From Candidatus Helarchaeota ASGARD archaeon Hel_GB_B (GTDB lineage Archaea > Asgardarchaeota > Lokiarchaeia > Helarchaeales > HEL-GB-B), in the NCBI GenBank assembly GCA_005191425.1, contig SUPR01000032.1, forward strand, positions 1 to 32,000: 32,000 nt of DNA, given 5' to 3'. Below are positions 27,295-32,000 of this stretch, piece after piece. The position numbers and the translations under genes were made by a program. Under the pieces are notes generated by a model that did no database searches, was not told where the DNA came from, and saw only the letters and a list, made by a program, of their open reading frames with translations. Every line of letters starts with the position of its first letter. Position 1 is the first letter of the stretch.

Positions 27295-28023
27295 TTAAAT
27301 TTCACCACTGGGCAAAACAATTAAACCTTTATCACTTATTTCAAAGGGATATCTCTTTAATGAATGAGAAGTACCTCTCATTTTTCTAACTAATATCGAG
27401 CGTCTTAGCTCTGCTGATTCCTCTCGCAAATCTAATTGAATAACTCCTTGTGTTATGAATTCTTCAATTCTGAAACGAGTATAATTATCTGGCCCGATCA
27501 TTTCACAAGTCATTAAAGAAGTACAATTAATTTCTCTTAATAAGGCACTTAACCTAAATATTGCAGCTCTTAAGGAGGATTCTCCCTCATATTGTACTTC
27601 AAGCCCGCTAATTGAATCAATTACTATCCTCTTAGCATTTAATTCTTTTGAGGCTCTATAAATCTCTTGAGCTAATGTATTAACATCAAATCCACGGTGT
27701 AATGCGTACTTTTCATTTGTTGGAAGTCCTGCTTTACTCGATGCTGCATCAACAATTGCAAATTTGTTTTCATTTTCTAATTTACGTAAATCCCAGCCAA
27801 AATTTAAAGCTTCTCTTCTTAATTCGTCAGGTCTTTCTTCTAATGTTACAAGAATTCCTGGCTCATTAAATTCTATTGCTCCCTTTACCAAAAATTCCAT
27901 TGAAAATATAGTTTTTCCGGTACCTGTACCCCCAGCAACTAAAATACAAGTACCTCTTAAAAGTCCGCCCCCTAATATTTCATCTAATCCATCAATTCCG
28001 CTGTTAATACGTTCAACTCCCAT
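27295..28023 (-). CDS. Single-domain KaiC/RAD55-family ATPase
   Basis: SGIDGLDEILGGG, Walker A GGTGTGKT, TLEE, RIVIDS, RKMRGT; GGTGA SD. Confidence 0.92.
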   Translation of the reverse strand: MGVERINSGIDGLDEILGGGLLRGTCILVAGGTGTGKTIFSMEFLVKGAIEFNEPGILVTLEERPDELRREALNFGWDLRKLENENKFAIVDAASSKAGLPTNEKYALHRGFDVNTLAQEIYRASKELNAKRIVIDSISGLEVQYEGESSLRAAIFRLSALLREINCTSLMTCEMIGPDNYTRFRIEEFITQGVIQLDLREESAELRRSILVRKMRGTSHSLKRYPFEISDKGLIVLPSGEI

Positions 28024-28038
28024 AATATCACCATATAA

Positions 28039-28509
28039 TTACAATGATTCTAAATTTAAAAATTCATCTCCTTTTAGAATTTCAAGTTCATCATATTCTA
28101 TTTTAATTATATCTGGATCTCTTTCTAAATTTTTTACTATCTTATTTAATTCTTCTTCGTTTTTTACCTTAATTAGTCCTATAATTGTTACTTTATCTTC
28201 TAAAATCCCAATGAAATTAAATTGTTCACTCAATTCTTTACCTAACATCCTTGCTTTTTTAATAGACGCATCAGCTATAATATGTCCACCAACCTTCAAT
28301 TTAATCATAAATGTACGGTTTTTTTCATAATCTTCAATGATAACCGTAAATTTTTTAATAATACCGCGTTCCTTCATCTTCTTAACATGAAAATGTAATG
28401 TTGTGTCTGGTATTCCTAATTGTTTGGCCAATTTAGTATAAGGAATTCTACTATCTTCTTTTAATCCTTTTAATATTTTCTTGTCTAATTCAGATAATGT
28501 ATATACCAT
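28039..28509 (-). CDS. Lrp/AsnC-family transcriptional regulator
   Basis: LSELDKKILKGLKEDSRIPYTKLAKQLG...GIIKKFT. ATG 28509 preferred; the ORF track starts at GTG 28518. Confidence 0.88.
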   Translation of the reverse strand: MVYTLSELDKKILKGLKEDSRIPYTKLAKQLGIPDTTLHFHVKKMKERGIIKKFTVIIEDYEKNRTFMIKLKVGGHIIADASIKKARMLGKELSEQFNFIGILEDKVTIIGLIKVKNEEELNKIVKNLERDPDIIKIEYDELEILKGDEFLNLESL

Positions 28510-28691
28510 CCAATTCACTGAAAACCTTTAGAAGATTAATTGAATGACTTTATTGATATTCCTATATTATAATATTTTATTTTAATCTTATTATTTTTTA
28601 TTAAAAAAATAATCAAAATAGATATTAAAAAAATAATGAATTTATTGAAATAATTTTTGGATATCTGTCATTTATTTTTATGAACATTCCA

Positions 28692-29030
28692 TCAATCTTC
28701 TATTTTAAATAGTAGATTCAACAAAAATTTGTATCCTTTTTTAACGAATATTATAAAACCTATTGATAAGAAAAATAATCCTGCAAATATTGAAAAAATG
28801 AGCAGTATTTGGATACCCATTTTAAGCTCTAAGAAAAACGTGAAGAAATTAGTATTTCCAGAATACGAAAAGAATATCTCTATAAGGCTCCATAGACCGC
28901 CAAAAATAATCACAATTAATGATATCATGATACCCCAGCTTATAAATTTTGCAGTTAATTTTTCTGTAGTAGTCCACTGTATTTTTAATTGTGGGACTTC
29001 ATATTCATCTTCTTTATTTTCATTATTCAA
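28692..29030 (-). CDS. Small two-TM membrane protein, paralog A
   Basis: Probable TTG start at 29030 after GGTGAGG gives 112 aa (ORF track: 29093); two hydrophobic helices; similar to 29023..29358. Confidence 0.7.
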   Translation of the reverse strand: MNNENKEDEYEVPQLKIQWTTTEKLTAKFISWGIMISLIVIIFGGLWSLIEIFFSYSGNTNFFTFFLELKMGIQILLIFSIFAGLFFLSIGFIIFVKKGYKFLLNLLFKIED

Positions 29031-29358
29031 TTTCCTCACCAAATAACCATTTATAAAATTGACTTCTTCCTTTTTTCCAAATATAAATTGCAATTGTTAG
29101 TCCTACGAAAAAGCAACCCATTAATGTCCCAAAAATTAGTATTTTAAGTCCCCACGGGCATGCACCTGTTATTGTAAATGGGTCAGAGAAATACCACATC
29201 CACTTGGTCGAAAAGCCGGATGGAATGGGGATAAGTTCGACCAATGAATATAGGACACCTATGTAAATTCCAAGAAATAGTATAATGATGATAAAAGTTA
29301 ATATAGCTATTATCCTTTTTCTATTTTTTAATTTTTTATCTATAGTCATAATATTCAC
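29023..29358 (-). CDS. Small two-TM membrane protein, paralog B
   Basis: 111 aa, two hydrophobic helices, KKG motif after TM2. Confidence 0.72.
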   Translation of the reverse strand: MNIMTIDKKLKNRKRIIAILTFIIIILFLGIYIGVLYSLVELIPIPSGFSTKWMWYFSDPFTITGACPWGLKILIFGTLMGCFFVGLTIAIYIWKKGRSQFYKWLFGEEIE

Positions 29359-29522
29359 ATTAATAATGATTAATTAATTGAATATTAATAAATCTTATAA
29401 TTTTTATTTATTTAAAAATTTAAGTTTTTAAAAAAGTGGTTAATTGAGTAAAATTTAACATTGAAAAAGAAAAAAACAAATAAAATTAAATGCTATTCAA
29501 GAAAAAAAAGAAAATTTTATTA

Positions 29523-32000
29523 TTATTTTTTCAACTTTTTCTTTTCTTCCCTTTTTCGGAAAATAAATAGAAATGTGAAAAAAATTGTTATAAATAAGAT
29601 CATAAATGGTAATATATAATCAATAAATATACCAAATACCGATAATTCTATTTTAATTGGTTCTTTTGTTTCGTATAATAGTTGGTTCGTATTGTTTTCA
29701 TCGATATAATAGATCTTTAGTATCAAATTATGGTCTCCGAAGTCCCATGGAAGGCTATTATATGAAAATTGAATATAAATATATTCTTTTTCAAAATATT
29801 CCTTTAAAGTATAATTAACTGAGGTTATATCATTAGAGCCCTCCCAATAATATACAACATTTATTTTTGATTCAACAGACCTATGATTTTCTAAAAAGAC
29901 GCTTATATACCCTGATTGCCCTTGTAATAAAGATTGCGGGAAATAGCAATTATCAATTCCTATATTTGAAGTAATTTCGATAGAAAATTGATATTGATCT
30001 GCCCCTTCATATTGAATTGTATAATTCTGTCTATGAATTTCTATTGTCCCCGTATAAGTACCTTTAGGAATTGATAGAACTGGTCTAAATGTTAAATAAA
30101 ATTCTCTAGTTTCATTGGGTAATAATAATTCTGATTTATAAATATCTTTTAAGGCTATAGATTGCATTCGTATTGAAAAATATGCGTTTACATGCTTCTT
30201 GAAATTCTGTGCTTTTAATACAAATTCTCTTTGATCGTCTTGTGCGATTTTATTTGGGACAGTAATTGATATTATTTCTATTGCGTTGCGTATAGATATT
30301 GTAATAAAATAACTATGTAGCCATCGTCCTTGATATGAAATATCTGCATAAAGCTTATAATCACCTACTTGACATCGTTCATCAATTTTTAAATCTTGTA
30401 AAAAGCTAGTATAGCCAGGATGAACTACTACGGAACGATTTATTTCAATAATGAAGTTATTCTCACCATAAAAAGTGATATTAGTGGTAGCATCCGATAA
30501 TCTTTCATTTTTTATAGTTATATTAATAGTAAATATATCTCCTTGTGCTATTATTGGATTTTTTGTGGTATAATTTGCAATAAATAGTCCATAACCCACA
30601 CTGACTCTTACAAGATAATCGGTGGAAGAATACCATGTTTTTGGTGTTATTGATGTATTTACATGGGATGCATGGAATGTAATATTATAAATACCTTCAA
30701 ATATCGATTGGTTTGAAACCGGGCCAAAAAATACTTCAAACCAACCGTCTGAATCTGTCGTTATTATTTTTGACTCCCACATAGAACCATTATTTGTAAA
30801 ATAAATTGTGGCATTTATATGTGCATTTGGGATACCTTGTGGGTTTAACAAATTTGTATTATCTACATATCTCCCTTTTATATCAATAACATCTTCCCCT
30901 AATACATAAGCATAATATGCAAAATCCTTTTGGTAATTGTTTCCGGAAGAGCCAAAAACTGGCAGAAATTTTAATAATTTATCATTTTTATAAGCTCCAA
31001 CTGAAACAATTGCAGTTTTAGCCCGTTTTATGTAAAAAATATTATAATATGAACCAAATGAATCATTTAGGGCTGAAACATATATGAAAATATTTTCGGA
31101 ATTTGATATATTTATGTTTCCTATATAATATTCACTAGTATTTTCATTAAATGAAACTTTTAATTTATTAAATATTATTTCTTGGGTCACACCCTCTCCT
31201 TTATGCCATTTAATTATTGTTATATTCACTATTCCTGTTTTTGTGTTATTAAATTTATCTTTTAAAGTGAATGATATATTTGCATATTCGCCAATAGGTG
31301 GACAATTACTAGCTGAAATCTTTATTGATCCATTTAACCAATTTCCTAAAAATGTAGTATTAACGATATTAAAGACTTTTATTAATGCTTGAATGCACAA
31401 ACTACTGGAAACTAAATCACCTGGATATATATTTGGAATTGGACGAGTATACAAATATCCACTTCTATTTACAAATGAATAAAACCCTGGTGTTGTTAAA
31501 GATGTTGTGTGATTTCCCATATATGTAATTAAAAAGTGTAATGTTGTTTCAATATAATAATAATGCATTTTATTTTTTGAGGTATTAAATAAATCCATTA
31601 GTGCCAAAACAGCCCATGAATTATATTCTAGAAACTTGGTCATATTATATTTAATTTGGGGAAATGACCAATTTGAGTATGTTTTTCTATAAAAGCCCCC
31701 ATATTTATCGTCCCATAAATGATTTTGTAAAACTTGAGCAGTAGCATTTGCCATTCTGTAGCAACTCAAATTATAATAGCTAGAGTTATCAAATAACTTG
31801 TGCATTTTCAGGTTCACAATAATAGCTAGAGAATTTGATTTAGTGTCTTTGTCCCAGAATTTAGACCATCCAGTACTATTTCCAAATGAATAATATCCAC
31901 CGTTTGTTTTATCCCAAAAAGTGGTATTAATTGTTTGGTATGTTAAGTTGACCATTTTCAGAGCTTGATTCCTAATTGTTTGTCTCAACTCTATGGTCTG
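29523..32000 (-). CDS. Large C-terminally anchored surface glycoprotein with a GH76/AGE-like helical-barrel region and Ig-like stalk; 5'-truncated by the window end
   Basis: The frame stays open to base 32000. Repeated (F/L)WD-x-x-x-GG(Y/F)Y units, beta-rich Ig/CARDB-like segments, about 30 N-x-S/T sequons, and a TM helix followed by RKREEKKKLKK. Confidence 0.75.
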   Translation of the reverse strand, partial: QTIELRQTIRNQALKMVNLTYQTINTTFWDKTNGGYYSFGNSTGWSKFWDKDTKSNSLAIIVNLKMHKLFDNSSYYNLSCYRMANATAQVLQNHLWDDKYGGFYRKTYSNWSFPQIKYNMTKFLEYNSWAVLALMDLFNTSKNKMHYYYIETTLHFLITYMGNHTTSLTTPGFYSFVNRSGYLYTRPIPNIYPGDLVSSSLCIQALIKVFNIVNTTFLGNWLNGSIKISASNCPPIGEYANISFTLKDKFNNTKTGIVNITIIKWHKGEGVTQEIIFNKLKVSFNENTSEYYIGNINISNSENIFIYVSALNDSFGSYYNIFYIKRAKTAIVSVGAYKNDKLLKFLPVFGSSGNNYQKDFAYYAYVLGEDVIDIKGRYVDNTNLLNPQGIPNAHINATIYFTNNGSMWESKIITTDSDGWFEVFFGPVSNQSIFEGIYNITFHASHVNTSITPKTWYSSTDYLVRVSVGYGLFIANYTTKNPIIAQGDIFTINITIKNERLSDATTNITFYGENNFIIEINRSVVVHPGYTSFLQDLKIDERCQVGDYKLYADISYQGRWLHSYFITISIRNAIEIISITVPNKIAQDDQREFVLKAQNFKKHVNAYFSIRMQSIALKDIYKSELLLPNETREFYLTFRPVLSIPKGTYTGTIEIHRQNYTIQYEGADQYQFSIEITSNIGIDNCYFPQSLLQGQSGYISVFLENHRSVESKINVVYYWEGSNDITSVNYTLKEYFEKEYIYIQFSYNSLPWDFGDHNLILKIYYIDENNTNQLLYETKEPIKIELSVFGIFIDYILPFMILFITIFFTFLFIFRKREEKKKLKK

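Noticed and set aside
26943-27320. 125-aa minus-strand ORF
   Set aside because: Mirror of the low-complexity Roadblock tail.
27295-28023. Circadian KaiC or RadA recombinase
   Set aside because: Single domain, no C-terminal KaiC phosphosite region, no kaiB, and no RadA N-terminal HhH domain.
27764-28330. 188-aa plus-strand ORF spanning kaiC-like and lrp
   Set aside because: Ser-rich antisense shadow with no start signals or motifs.
28729-29046. 105-aa plus-strand ORF
   Set aside because: Antisense to the hydrophobic paralog A, which is supported by similarity to its neighbour.
1-32000. CRISPR array, rRNA, tRNA or recognisable defence system
   Set aside because: By eye I found no regularly spaced repeats, no extended GC-rich RNA gene and no nuclease or effector motifs apart from the tnpB-like fragment.

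Overview
Very AT-rich, gene-dense window, most likely from an Asgard archaeon (Lokiarchaeia/Helarchaeales-like). Support: an Asgard-type single-domain gelsolin, a Roadblock protein, archaeal Rqc2/RqcH, a DUF106 Oxa1-superfamily insertase, archaeal CBS, KaiC-like and Lrp genes, and GGTGA/GTGATC Shine-Dalgarno motifs. The left 17 kb is accessory metabolism: a probable tnpB 3' end, a haloalkane-dehalogenase-like hydrolase, a LysR/DsrE/TusA sulfur-relay module, an MFS transporter, two DUF362 Fe-S proteins, an ADP-ribosylglycohydrolase, a KduI/IolB-like cupin, a DAGK-family kinase, a Nudix hydrolase, a TPR protein, and a class III aminotransferase with an FGGY kinase. The right 15 kb is more cell-biological. 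The strongest candidate novelty is 20122..20979, which appears to be a natural single-chain fusion of an EMC6/OPTI(RAB5IF)-like module to an EMC3/TMCO1/Get1-like insertase. Other leads: a two-gene split pair of Pls/PosA-type C-domains, a Roadblock protein whose tail carries four repeats of a helical motif, a DUF362-HEAT fusion, and a tandem pair of diverged paralogous two-TM proteins. All family assignments come from motif recognition by eye; no searches were run. No rRNA, tRNA or CRISPR array was seen.
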